A DNA stretch of 63,319 nucleotides, counting the filler, from Vermamoeba vermiformis (taxonomy: Eukaryota): assembly GCA_045837725.1 (NCBI GenBank). It is 3 parts of 3 records of this genome, joined end to end, with 100 filler letters (N's around TTAATTAATTAA, not from the genome) between each part and the next. Parts side by side here need not be neighbours in the genome. Positions count along the whole stretch, not along the records: positions 24,628 to 55,420 come from JBEWZL010000058.1; 2 more parts are not named here. One strand, given 5' to 3'. The notes beneath the pieces are model-generated. The model was not told where the DNA came from. It did no database searches and was given only the letters and a program-made list of their open reading frames with translations. The position numbers and the translations under genes were made by a program. The first letter of the stretch is position 1. The number at the start of each line of letters is the position of its first letter. Below are positions 36,949-49,856 of the stretch, one piece after another.

Positions 36949-39929
36949 ATGATGGCACAAGAGGTAAGAACGGACAATTTTCAATCCAGATCTATTTTGA
37001 ATTTATATTTAATAATTCCATTATACTAGAAGAAAAAAATTGTGGCTATCATAGGCGGAGGATTTGCAGGCGTGCATATTGCGAAATATTTGGACAAAGA
37101 CGATGATTTCAAAGTGATCCTGATTGACAATAAGGAATATTTTGAATACTCACCGACTATGTTAAGAGCATTATTCACACCAGAAGAGGCTTCGTCGTTA
37201 ATAGTTCATCACAGCAATTATTTAATTAATGGCGAGTTCGTACTCGGAGTTGCAGAGGAGTTACAAACCAAAAAGGTACCCAAAAACTGTTATAATCATT
37301 AATTATAGGATTATTTAAATTATATTGAAGTGTTCCGGGTAAATTTGACGATGATTATGCCGTTGATTGCAAGATCAACATTTTTTACGCTTCTCACTAA
37401 AACTCCGAAATTACCACAACAATATACGAGCTATCAATATAGTTATTATGTTATTTCTTCTTGATTTGCTTTATTTTTCAGCATCCGATGAAATCAATCT
37501 CCCTTTTAATCTCCCGATTATCTCATGAAACAAACGTCTATTTTGATACACATAATTTAAAAAAGATTCGCTGAAATTTTAAAATAGCTAATTAGAGTAC
37601 ATTCATAGGTTAAAGTGAGCGGCCGATGGATTGACTTCGATTACTGCGTGGTTTGTACTGGATGTCGCTTTGATAGCCTTTCACTGAAAGAAGAAAGTCT
37701 GAACAAAGGCTTATTTAATGACGAGCAGTCATTAATGCAAAATAAGCGGTATGTTAGCATTTTAAATGTCGTTGTGAATTATCCTGATTTGTTTTTTCCC
37801 CTGATCGCAGATCTTCCGTACAGCGCAGCCGTCGCTTGTCATCTCCGAATCCTAAAAGAGCTTCAGTTAATTTATCATCACCTGCTCAATCACCATCGAC
37901 TCAACGGTCACTTAGTCCAACAAAAGCTCGCGGCAGATCGCCCTCGACCGAGCCAAGTCTGACCAATAGCATTACTCCTCGTCGCAGTATCTCGCCGCGA
38001 GATATCGAAAGTATGTCTAATTCGTCTCGCGAGGATAGTCACGGGTCACGGGATTCATCTCCGAGACCAGATCTAGCAGACACGATTTCAATGCTGTCGT
38101 CACCCCGTGGCAGCGATGGCCAAGTTAATTCGAAGAGGCTTAGTGTCGAGGCTAGAGTAAGAGCTGATACAATCACTTTGCAAGATCCAAAACGAAGATT
38201 CAGCATGTTCGACGTGGTTTATGAAGACGTGATTGAATATCGATTCTTCAAAAATTATTGCAAAGAAAGGCTGTGCATGGAGAATTTGTTGTTCATAGAG
38301 GCAGTTGATGAATATCATCGATTATTCTATACTTGCACGAAGCGAGTAAGTTTTTGAATCAAATTTATTTGCTGATCTAAATTTTATCTAAATTTTGCCT
38401 TTTTAGGAAATGCGACAGTTAATCAATTTTGTCAAAATATCGTATTTAAACGAAGGCGCTAAGTTCGAGGTTAATATGAGCTCAATCTACCGCGAAAATT
38501 TATTGAAACAGATCACCGAGATCGAGAAGACTCCCGACGAACAATTGGTCTTAGACGAAAAGTTGTTCGATCAAGCACGTGCTCATGTCGTAGCCAATCT
38601 CAACGACGTGGTGTCAAGTTTCACTGAAGATATTGAACGATCCAGCAAGACCGTGCACGTGGACTACAGAATGCCGTCCATGCTCACTTCGTGCGAGTCC
38701 GTGAAAAGCGCCAAATCGATCGTGATTATCGGCGGTGGTCCCCTCGGTGTCGACGTGGCGGGCAGGATAGTCTCGCAATATCCCGATAAGGCAAGTACTT
38801 CTGTCAAGTCTTGAAAATCAATCGTTAATCGACCCTTGACAGCGTGTCACAATTATTCACGGCAAACCCTCTCTCATTCATTACTTGGGCAAGAAAGCCT
38901 CAAAAGTGGTCACAAAGTACGTACCTAATCAATATATATATAGTGGTACTTATATTTAGCCATGCATATGAAATAACGATCGTGAGAGGATCTAACATAT
39001 TTTTTCACGATTAGTTTTTTGGTGGAAAGAGGCGTGCAATTACGACTGAATGAACGAGCGGCAAAAGTCATCGCGCTGAATGCCAAACAATCAGTGCTGA
39101 CTGACCGCGATGAGCTCTTGGAGGCAGATCAAGTGTTCATTTGTGGAGGATCCGTCGGCAACACTGACTTTATGCACAAGTACTTTGGTCACGTGCTCAC
39201 TGAACACGGAAAAATTCAAGTGAATCAGCACTTGCAAGTCAAAGGTCACACGCATTTGTTCGCTGTGGGAGATGTGACCGACATCCACGAAGAGAGATCG
39301 CACGAACGAGCGATTAGACACGCCGATCTATTTTTGGCTAATATTATGAGACTAGAAGCAAAGCGAAATCTTAAGGCTCATTCACTGGTAAGAATAACTG
39401 AATCAGATCTCGCAAAAATTCAAAATTTCAGAAACTGATTTTTTATTTTTATTTTTAGGAGTTATTTAAGCATAAATATATTATTTCGCTTGGAAGTAAT
39501 GGTGCAATGATGGTTGCAAAGGATAAGACTGTGACTGTTGGCGGTCACATTGCAAAACTTCATGTGAACACGGAAAAGAAATTTTTGTCGGATCTGAAGG
39601 CAGCAGCGCACAAAAAGAAAAGAAAACGAAGAGTTTCTGCGCTAAGTAGTGGCAGCGACCGAAGTAATTCACCAGTGCGGATCACATCCAACACGAATCT
39701 AGTGCACCGAAACAGTTTTGACGAGTTAGAACTCTCTACGAGCGTTCAAAGTCCACGTGATCGTGCTCAAGATATTTTAATATTAAAAGAAAGCACTAGT
39801 CCCATACAATCTCCGAAGAAAAAGAAATTGACTACGAGTACGAGCAAATCCACGGATGGGCCTGGCAGCCACGAAAAAGTGATGCAAGCGCCGAGTATTG
39901 CTAGTATTCCTGAAGAAGTAATGCAGTAA
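36949..39929 (+). CDS. AIFM2/FSP1-like FAD/NAD(P)H oxidoreductase with internal RGS domain
   Basis: IIGGGFAG...ILID, FDYCVVCTG, second Rossmann IVIIGGGPLGVDVAG, and VNQHLQV....FAVGD. Inserted RGS: FKNYCKERLCMENLLFIEAVDEY...YLNEGAKFEVNMS...LFDQARAHV. Confidence 0.88.
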
Positions 39930-40320
39930 TATATTGGCATTGTTTTGTTGTAATATAGAAATGTAAATAGTGGACCATATGCGTTTTAATCAAACTTCGC
40001 ACTTGTTTATTTCGTTTGAAGTTAGTAAATCTAATCAACAGCTATAAATATTCTACAACTAGATAGACTCGGCATATTCGAGCATCGTTCTGTTAGAGAA
40101 GGCTGTAGTACACCCGCTGACACTTTGCACGTGTCAATTCTGTTCTATAACAGCACTAACTTGTCAAATTGTGCAGTCCTGTGAGCATTCCTATCATATG
40201 ATCTGATACTTAGTAGGTAGCCGCAAACTTTATAGTTCTTGTTTTGTCATCTTTAAGTGTGGATCTTAGCTGTAACATCCGAATTGTTTTGCTCGTGGTG
40301 CTTTTCCTAGCAAAATTTAT

Positions 40321-43300
40321 TTATTTACAAACGGCGCCAGTACACAGTCGCAGCCATTGTGGCAAAGGACACGCAAAACTATTTCCAGAGATATTACACT
40401 CTGAAGGCGGATCTGTATAATCAACAGCCGAGGTGAAGTTATTATAAGCTATATTAAGGCTGAATAGGACCGTCAAAGTTGGAGCTGGCAGCACAAATTT
40501 TCCGCTAAAATTATTGAACTGCAGCTCCACCGAATCGCCTTCCCACGCACTCGGCAGCTTATCAAGGCCACCAGTCAGATTATTATACGCGAGTTTCAAT
40601 TGTTTTAGGCTCAGCGGAATTTCCGGAATTTCTCCGGAGAGCGATGTATTGTAGAACACCATAATCGAGAGTTGCGAGGCGGATGCGAAGCTCGGCAAAG
40701 TTCCTTCTAACATGTTGTGCAATATTCTTATTGTTTTAAGAGTTGCTATCGTTCCTAACTCCGGAGGCACAGGTCCCACGAGATTGCAATCAAACAGGTA
40801 TAAATTCGCCAAATTTGTCGCGTTGATCCAAGCCGGCAACGTCCACGGATCGAAGAAATTTCCACTTATGGTAACTTCTTCCAGTTCTGTCAAATTGAAG
40901 ACTTCCGTGGGAAACTGTCCTTGGAACTTATTATCGCGCAATATAAAGCTCTTCAAATGCACCAATCCTCGGAATATTTTTGGAATTGTTCCGCCTACTT
41001 CAGTTTGAGTAAGTTGTAGATCCGTCAACATCGTCAATTCTCCGAGTGATTCGGGCAATGTTCCGGTCATGTTATTCGGTTCAGTGAATTGCAATGACAC
41101 GACGCGATTGTTTGAGTCGCAGTTGACGCCTTGCCAGCTACACACTGAAACATTTGTCAGCCAATTGCCACTCGTTATCCAACTAGGCCCGCCAGTGGCA
41201 TAATAAAACTCTTCTAGTATCGTTCTTTCTCTTGCTAAGACATCGATTGGAGGACCCGGATCTGCGATCGGCACCGCGATCGGGATCTGGATCGGGATCG
41301 GCACTTCAACAGGGACAGGTGCTTCGGGGGTGAATATAGGACTAATAGGGTTGATTTGAGGTTCATTAGGGCTGTTAACTTGTTGTTGCAATGACGACCA
41401 AATGAAATACGCTCCGACAGCCACACTGACCGCTAACACCAAAATAGCTCCACCAATCATAAGCCAGCGAAATTTGTTCCGCTTCACGAACGGTTTTTTC
41501 CGCTCTTTGACTGAAAACGAATTACTCTGTGATTGCTTCTTGTATCTTTGCTGTTGTTCTTTGACGGTGAATTCTTTGTACAACATGTCCATGAGTTGCG
41601 TGACTTGACTGACACTCGATTTGAGCTCGTTAATGTCTTTGAAATTTTGTTTGATTGATTCGCTCAAGTACGGCAGCAATGATTCGTAGTCGACGTGAAG
41701 AATTCCTATTCGAAAAAAACATTAAATTTGTGGTCAGATCCAATCGATCCGACTGCATTTCTTGCAATATCAGACTTTCCAAATTTGGTAATAAAATGTG
41801 CGGATTGGTTGTCTGCTACGCCAATTTAAATGCTTCAACGTGTCAAAGTGTCAATTTCAGTCTAGGAAATGAATACATTCCAAAAATATTTTAATCGTAC
41901 CAATATGTAATAAATCGTTATTTGCGTATTAAATTTTAAAATTTGAATTAAATCTGGGTCGTACCGTTAATTAATTGGACAGCTTGCGGCACGACTTTTT
42001 CTATCTGTTGCGCGATATATCCAACGAATCTTTTCTTCGAATTATTGTTGCCTTTAACTCCGTCTTTGAACTTGTACTCGACACCATCGATTCGCAGAAG
42101 CGCTTCTCGAGGATCCACATCTGGAAAAAATAAAAAAACACAATTAACGTTAACGTGATATTGCACTAACAGTATGTGAAGCTTACTATCGCTTATATAT
42201 CTAATTTGTTCTTTCAAATTGATGTCCGATGCTTTGTAAAAGTTCAATGCTCGGAAGTTTCCGATCACTTCTGCGTTGCCGTTGTACAGCACCATGTATT
42301 GCTCGTTGTCTTCATAATTGCTATAAATATGCTAATAAATAACTTGTTTGATAATAGAGTATCATTACGTACGTCGGTGGCTCTAACTCGGCGACTGAAT
42401 CCGATCCAGAACCGAGGAAATTTAGATCGTAGGTACTGCACGAAGTTAGCGATGCAAAAACTTAATATTTGAACTTACGTCATAGGCACTATCATGCTAT
42501 CATCAGAGTCTATATGTTCGGCACTATAAGGGCTTCGTTCGTTCGCAGTGCTAAGGTTTTGGTTGGATGGCGAGTCGTCGCCGTGTGGATCTAACGAAAC
42601 AAAGGATCTTTGGGCATATAACTCTTCATATTGTAGAGGCTCGTTTGTATTGGATTCAGCAATTAATAATTCAGGCGTGGATGTCCAAGCAACGGGGATA
42701 ATCGGAACTGATTTTATGAATTTGTTAGAACGTTTATTAGCTAATAAATGACAGAGTTGAATAGGCTATTAATATGACATATGAAAGCTTATAGATTCGT
42801 AGCGGATCTATTATTTGAAATTTTTTATTTTCGAAATCTGTCGTTAATCTTACCGTCGTCGACTTCGCTTTCTTTCTCACTAGCGTATCTTTTTTTGGCT
42901 AATAATTGAACCAATCCGGATGTGCCTTGGTTCAGCAACCTCCCGCCATTGAAACATTTTACTTCGAATCTGATCAACCGCTCTTTGATACTCCGAAAAT
43001 CAAATAATCCAGCGTTGACTTTAATTTGTATCACGAGGCCTTCTATTATTTTAGTATTTGCATTGGTTTGTAGTTTATAAGGCAATCTTTTTGCCCAAAT
43101 TAACGCTCGATTAATTTTTATCTCTTTAGATCCTTCACAATTAATAAGTTCCACTTGGTATTGCCATGCTTCGTTAGTATTGTCTTTCGAAAGGGTTACT
43201 CCGAGTGTCGGATTTGACGTTTGGTCGACATGGAAATGATTATCATCCTCCCCGCTGACAGGAATAAATAACTTGAAGTTGGTTAGCACATATATTTGTT

Positions 43301-43481
43301 GCATTGCATTGCATACTACTGTCATAAAATTTTGACAACACAAATCGCAGCAAACTCCGGTTCGAGAAGTAACCGCTGATTGACAACAAAAGAAATCTCC
43401 GAGTAGTTTTTCGGGTTCATTGTTCGTGAAAAGAAAGTACCACAAGTATTTGTTATCAACTGTCCTATTACATTGTAACAT
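40321..43481 (-). CDS. MYRF-like type II membrane protein: unknown N-terminal domain, peptidase S74/ICA autocleavage domain, coiled coil, TM, LRR ectodomain
   Basis: ASDINLK (Ser-Lys dyad), GYIAQQIEKVVPQAV, VDYESLLPYLSESIK, TM WLMIGGAILVLAVSVAVGAYFIW, LRRNT (FYYATGGPSW...NW...CSWQGVNC) and plant-type LxxNxLxGxLP repeats. Confidence 0.85.
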
Positions 43482-43523
43482 CAGAGGTCTTCACGTTATC
43501 AAGCAGTAACAAATATTTTCGAG

Positions 43524-44749
43524 ATGGGGCTTTGTTCTTCACGGATCGAAGAGCAGACAAACAGCGTCGATTTAAAAGTAAGTCGTTTAATTACTTGTTT
43601 ATAATTGTATGAATTAAATGATGCATCGAGAATTGATAAACTCGGCGATAACGCCACGATCTCTTGAAAAAATACTAATTAAATATTCAAAAAAATCAGG
43701 TAAATTCTCCAACCTCATTAGACCACTTAACACGCAATGGTATGCCATTAGTAATCAAAACACTATTATTAGGAAGTCCTGGGTAAGTTTTTTAATTGAC
43801 GAAAGAATCTTCGATTGAAAAATTCAAAGTGGGGAAGATATTTTATTAATTCTTATAATTAAAGGTGTGGTAAAACTGCATTAATGACGAGGTAAATTTA
43901 ACGTTCTTAAATGATCAATAACCTTAGAAAAATAGCCTCCGAAACAGATCTAATCAAATCCATTTAGATACGTTAAACAAGAGTATATGGACTCTTATAA
44001 AGCTACAATAGGCGCAGATTTCTTATCAAAACAAATTATTGTCGGAAAATCAGCCGCGTCCATTCAAGTAAGTTAAAAGCTTCAATTAGATCCGCCTTTA
44101 AAACTTCGTTTACTATACTCCATATTTTGCTAATAAGAAAATAATATAGATTTGGGATACAGCTGGGCAAGAGCGATTCAATTCACTTATTAGCGCTTTT
44201 TACAGAGGAGCCGATTGCGTAGTACTAGTAAGCGGTCAATTTAATCGATTAAAATTGCGTATATGAATATTGATTTGCTATTATATTTAGGTGTTTGACT
44301 TGACTGAAAGAAAAACATTATTTGATTTAGAAACAGTCATCGAGACATACCAAAAATTCAGCTCAAATCCAAAGACGATATTTTTTATTGCCGGAAACAA
44401 GTCAGATCTCGTTGATCGTTGCGTGGTACGTTTATAATATTAATGTATTATATTCTTACTTACATTGCTTCGGTTAGGTCACAGAATCAGAGGTTCAAAA
44501 TTGGATCAAAGCAAAAAGTTTAACGAACACGCATTATTATGAAACTAGTGCTAGGTCTGGTAAGTATAATTGATATAATTGGCGTTTTAACAGATAAATA
44601 ATACGGGCATTCGATTATAGGAGAAGGAGTTGAAGCACTATTTTCGCATTTAGCCCAATTAGCGTTGCAAAACATGTAAGTAGCCTTTCCTTGCACTTTA
44701 GAGCGTATTAATCTAATACATTATATATAGAAACCATGATTCGAGTTAG
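43524..44749 (+). CDS. Rab-family small GTPase (Rab7-like) with N-terminal MGLCSS and no C-terminal cysteines
   Basis: Spliced from small exons: [50 protein letters not shown]. Ends ...LALQNINHDSS*. Confidence 0.85.
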
Positions 44750-45144
44750 TTTGGCGACAGTTGGGTTTGTACATAAGTGTAAATAATAAATTATTTATTT
44801 ATGATGTTAAATGAAGTGACACGGAGCGGTCTCCTCTCAAACTACAATTTATTAAAATAATAAGAAGCCCGACGAATAATAAAGCAAACAGCAGCTGGCG
44901 CCGGGTTGACAGTGGATGGATCTGCCGAACACGCATTATTATGAGAATTGAACTGACACTGCGGGATTTCAAATTAGCTTCTAATAAGGAGGAACAACTA
45001 TGTAACGTCTAAATTTGAGAAAAAAAGAACAGCAACGTGTTTATGAAAGTATTAGTACAGGAGATGAAGAATAAAATTGCAGCAACTAGGCTTGTAACGG
45101 CCAAGTGCCGGTCATCAAATTAACAAAAAGGTAAATAAGTGTGC

Positions 45145-46810
45145 TTATTTATCCTTCTTGGCTTTGGCTTTGCTAGCGCTAGTTCCTTGAACTCCTTTAG
45201 CGCTCTTGCCGTTCGCTTCAGATCCCTTCTTCGGATCTTCAGTCTTTCCACCAAAGAGTACTCCAGTAGCTACAAATGGTAATTAATAGGGCAAATTATT
45301 ATTATTAATAAAAGTCGTCAAATAAGCAACAGAAATAATGCGAAATAATTGATCGAATTTTGGATCCGTAATAGAGGGCAATTGAAAGGTATTTGTTATG
45401 TATATATGACGTACCTTGCTTGACAATTTCGGCGAACCAATAAGTATTCAACAAGCTGCTAATAACACCCATGGTAAAGAAGATCTTCCACATGATCTGA
45501 TGGTACTCAGTCATTTCGCTCAATCGAGAGCTAGGAATCTCCCAAAGGAGATACAAGTAGTAATTTCCACCAATCATACGAATCACCAAGAACAATAGAG
45601 CAAAGCAGACGGAAATGTAGAATTGGATCTTGTGGAAAGTATCGCCTTTGGAAAAAGCAAATATTAGCAATCATATATTGATATAACGTATAATGTAATG
45701 CTATTATGTACCTCTCTTCTTAGTAGGATGAGATTTGAGCATTTCCATCATGACGAACGGATTCATAAACACAGTGGTAGCTTCGTACAACAAATAAGTC
45801 AAAGCGAAGTAGTGCAACATAGGAGGGAACTACATATAAACAATTAATACATGCTCTGCATAATAGCGTAGTTATTTCAGACGGGTGCATCCAAAACGAA
45901 TCCGAGTATTTTTCTTGGGTTGCGTTTCGTCTTAATACTCCTTAGAGTGCTCTAATTGACTTACCTGAACACCAAGAAACACGATTCCGCAATAAACTGC
46001 GTGCACTAAGAAGCCGTAACCAATAATGGACAAGTGCTTAATGCAGATCAACAGATCCCAAACAAAATAACCACCAGAAATCGCCGTTACGAGGTTGGAT
46101 ACATATGAAGTTTGGAAAATAACGTCCTATATAAGAAAACGTTATTAGATTGCATCGAAAAAAACTAAGTCCGATCCCGCATATTTTATGACTTTAGGAC
46201 CTGGCCCTAGCGCGATGTTATTATTGTCGTTGTATGAATTGATAATTATAGTGCGTATATTAATCGCTATAAGCTTAAATAGTGACGTGTAGTGGTAAAC
46301 GCAAGTGATTATGGAAATTACGGTAAATTACTCGAGTATGACAGTTGACTTACCTTGGGTAATACGCCTTCAAAATAGAGACCATAAATAGACAATGGAA
46401 GGACTATGCAAGCGTGTACCATCGAAGCAACTCTACAAATAGACAGATGGCGGTCAGATATTTTCTTTGCATTCCAAAAATTGATAATTTTACGTATTTA
46501 ACGAGGATATTATCATGATTATCGGTACATAATATTAAAAATAATTAATCGGCAATTTGATTATTCAGATCGACCGTCATCTGCATTAATTTTCTAACCG
46601 CCGGTGGTGACTCTTCCTCCAGTTATTAACATACCTTGTAGACCAATCAATTTGACTTGTTCTAGGCAAGTGCGCATATGTAGATGATAGGCGTTTGCTC
46701 AAGGACTCTCCAACCACGTAGACGATCGTGAAGAACAAAGCGCTGGCAGCGATGCGAGGCAGAGTCGTAGATAAGTACTCCGCGTAATATTTATCGTGCA
46801 CGCTGGCCAT
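45145..46810 (-). CDS. TLC (TRAM/LAG1/CLN8) domain membrane protein, TMEM56-like
   Basis: IDWSTR.., VASMVHA, GGYFVWDL, LLYEATTVFMN, FALLFLVIRM, LNTYWFAEIVK, and a C-terminal KKDK ER-retrieval-like motif. Confidence 0.85.
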
Positions 46811-47239
46811 GGTGTTATGTTTAATCAATCAATTAAGAATGATTTTGTTGTGCTGTGTTCTTCACTGCAAGAGATCTGCTGAAAAATTAGTTTGTGTGCA
46901 GTCTTGCGAGTCGTTGCCACTATTGATATTGAAATAGAAATCAAATATTGCTAACGTCAGCGAAGTATTGCTCGGTACTAATATCCGCAGTTCTTAGGTC
47001 GATTTTGGATCGAGTTTTCCAAATCAGCTCGCATCCGTTCTTTCTCCGTCTGATTTCCGCACTACTAGCAAGTACTTCCTTACAGTGATGTACTTTCTCC
47101 CTTTTAGTCGTTAAATTTCGCTAGCCCAGAGCTCAAAAAGAATGGCGCAAAAAAATTCGTCATAACTTTTTAATTGAACACTTAAGCTCCATAAAGGATT
47201 GTAAAAATAGTATATTTGTAAATAATATAACCTTCAAAA

Positions 47240-49379
47240 ATGGTGCTTGAAGCTACTATGATTTGGTGAGTAAAAATTAATTTTCGGAGTGCTTCATCCG
47301 AATCAACTATTTGCGAGTGCCTGTATTAATCACAGCCTATTAGTATCGATAATTCCGAATGGATGAGAAACGGAGATTTTGCTCCCAATAGATTTGACGC
47401 ACAAAAAGAAGCTGTACATTTGGTTGCAGGAAGCAAGACTCAGTCAAATCCAGAAAGCAATGTTGGTCTAATTTCAATGGCTGGCCGCAAGTAAGCATAA
47501 ATATCATTATTATAATTTTTTAGGAATTATAGGAAGCTCAGGCAATTTAGAATTTTATTCACAATATTTTTCAAAAATTAGAAAAACTTTTCGTCATCAA
47601 GCAAAACTATTTTTGTCGTGTAATTTCGTTCGTATGTAATTATATATGCTAATATTTATTTTTTCTTCGTTAGCGTCGATGTATTAGTCACTTTGACTCA
47701 AGATCTTGGTAAAATTATGGCCGCCATTCAAAGCGTCAAGGTTGGTGGCGACTCAGACTTTGTTTCAGCTCTTCAGATCGCTCAGGTAAATAATTAAGGC
47801 TTATTTATTGAATTACCGATTATTACGATTTTATTCAATTTTGGTTGGTAAATTCAATTTAAATTCAGAAATTACTTCCAACCACTATACTTATTTCGTA
47901 TCAATTCAATTATTAGCATCCAATTTATCGCCCTAACCGTTTTTCCAATTCGACGCTGGATGCGCAAAGTTTTTTGTAACGAGCATAACTTAATACCATC
48001 AACGATTGTGGATTGAAATATGCATCGCAAGTATCATATATACTAATATATTGCATTTATAGCTCGCTTTGAAGCACCGTCAGAACAAGAGACAAGAACA
48101 ACGAATCGTCATGTTCGTGGGCAGTCCAGTCAAAGCCACCGAACAAGAACTCGTCAGACTTGGTGCTCGTATGAAGAAGAACCAAGTCGCCGTCGACATT
48201 GTCAACTTTGGTGAAGAAGTGTCGAACAAACAGAAATTAGAAGCCTTCATCAATGCTGTAAATAGCTCTGAGAACAGGTACGTGTCTTGTGTTTTGGGTG
48301 CCGGAAAATTTGTCGAATTTATTTTATTCGTACGTGCATCGCTACGTTTTATCATCCCATAATAGTATTGTGAGTGATTCGCAGCGCGTTTGACATTTAA
48401 AGAATTGAAATTCCTTTTTTGGAAGTAGATCTTTTGAGGGAGTCTTGAGAGACGAGTGTGTTAATTAATACGCATGCAGTTAGCATTAGGACTCCTATAA
48501 ACACATCTTGATAATACTCTTTATTATTTGTTAGATCTTGACCTAATTTTTTTGTTACATCCAGTCACTACATTGAAGTCCCTGCTGGTCCTCATTTGTT
48601 GTCAGACGTTTTGCTCACGTCTGCCCTCGTTGCTGGCGAAGCAGGTCTCAGCGGTGCCTTGCAAGGCATGGGTGGTGCCGGTGGCGGTGGTTTTGAGTTC
48701 GGATTTGATCCCGCCATGGATCCCGAACTTGCCTTGGCCATGCGTTTGTCTTTGGAAGAATCACAGCGTGGTGCTCAACCTCAAGGAGGAGATCAGCCTG
48801 CTGCTGAGGCTAAGCCCGCTGAATCAGCTCAACCTAAGCGTAAGTACCTGTCTATGGCACGATCCCAGTTCAGATCTGCAAATGTTTTCTTGCTTAGCTT
48901 ATGTAGAATAACGTACTAATGGCAATATTTCTGTTATAGCCGCTGAGGCCATGGAGACAGATGATGACGATGAGTTGTTGCAGCAAGCCTTGGCCATGTC
49001 ACGTCAAGAAAACAAACCACAGCCACAAGAAACCAAGCCACAAGCACAACCCGTTGATGCTATGGAGGACGATGACGACGAAGAATTGAGATTGGCTATG
49101 CAAATGTCACAACAATCAAGTCAGCAGGTAAGCAAACGAGATAGCAAAAGTGCACGCGCGATCGGCATCTCATCCGGATCTTTTTTCTACCCACCGCGTT
49201 CGAGGTTTACTAACAATTTGCAAATATAGACTTCGAGCCAAACTCAACCACCACAACAGAGCGGAGACTTTATGGCTAGTGTGTTGTCTTCATTGCCGGG
49301 CGTCGATCCAAACGATCCTAACATTAAAGGCATTTTGGAGGCTATGAAGAAGGACGAGAAGAAAGAAGATAAGAAATAA
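47240..49379 (+). CDS. RPN10: 26S proteasome non-ATPase regulatory subunit 4 (Rpn10/S5a)
   Basis: [66 protein letters not shown], UIMs and LPGVDPND. Confidence 0.97.
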
Positions 49380-49856
49380 GCTTACCAGTTCAATTGCAAT
49401 TTACATGTAGATCTCATTAAACAATTTAAACCTTTTTTTGATTGCAATCGCTATTTTTGTTTGATTCGTAAACGAGCCCAATGTTTGACAAATTATGGCG
49501 TAAATAGCCTAGCACACGGCACTAATTAAAATAAGGTATGTTATCACCGGCCTATCCGTAGGTTTTTCTCCGACCGCATCCACCCGCCAAGATATCCATT
49601 GGCCAAAAAATGTCAAATAAATCGGTGAAATTAGCGGAAATTATTTAGTATTAATAAGCGAACTAAGTACTTGTTGCAGTAAATTTCCGATCAATTTTAT
49701 CAGACCTTTAGCGTTATCGGCTAAATAAGTAACAGTACGTACTGGTTCATTGGGCTTTTCGTTCTTTGTTGTCGCCATAGCTACTGGTAAATTGATATTT
49801 GCAATAACTTCAACACGATTAAATTAAATATAGCGCATGAACTTCCTGGAATTTAG

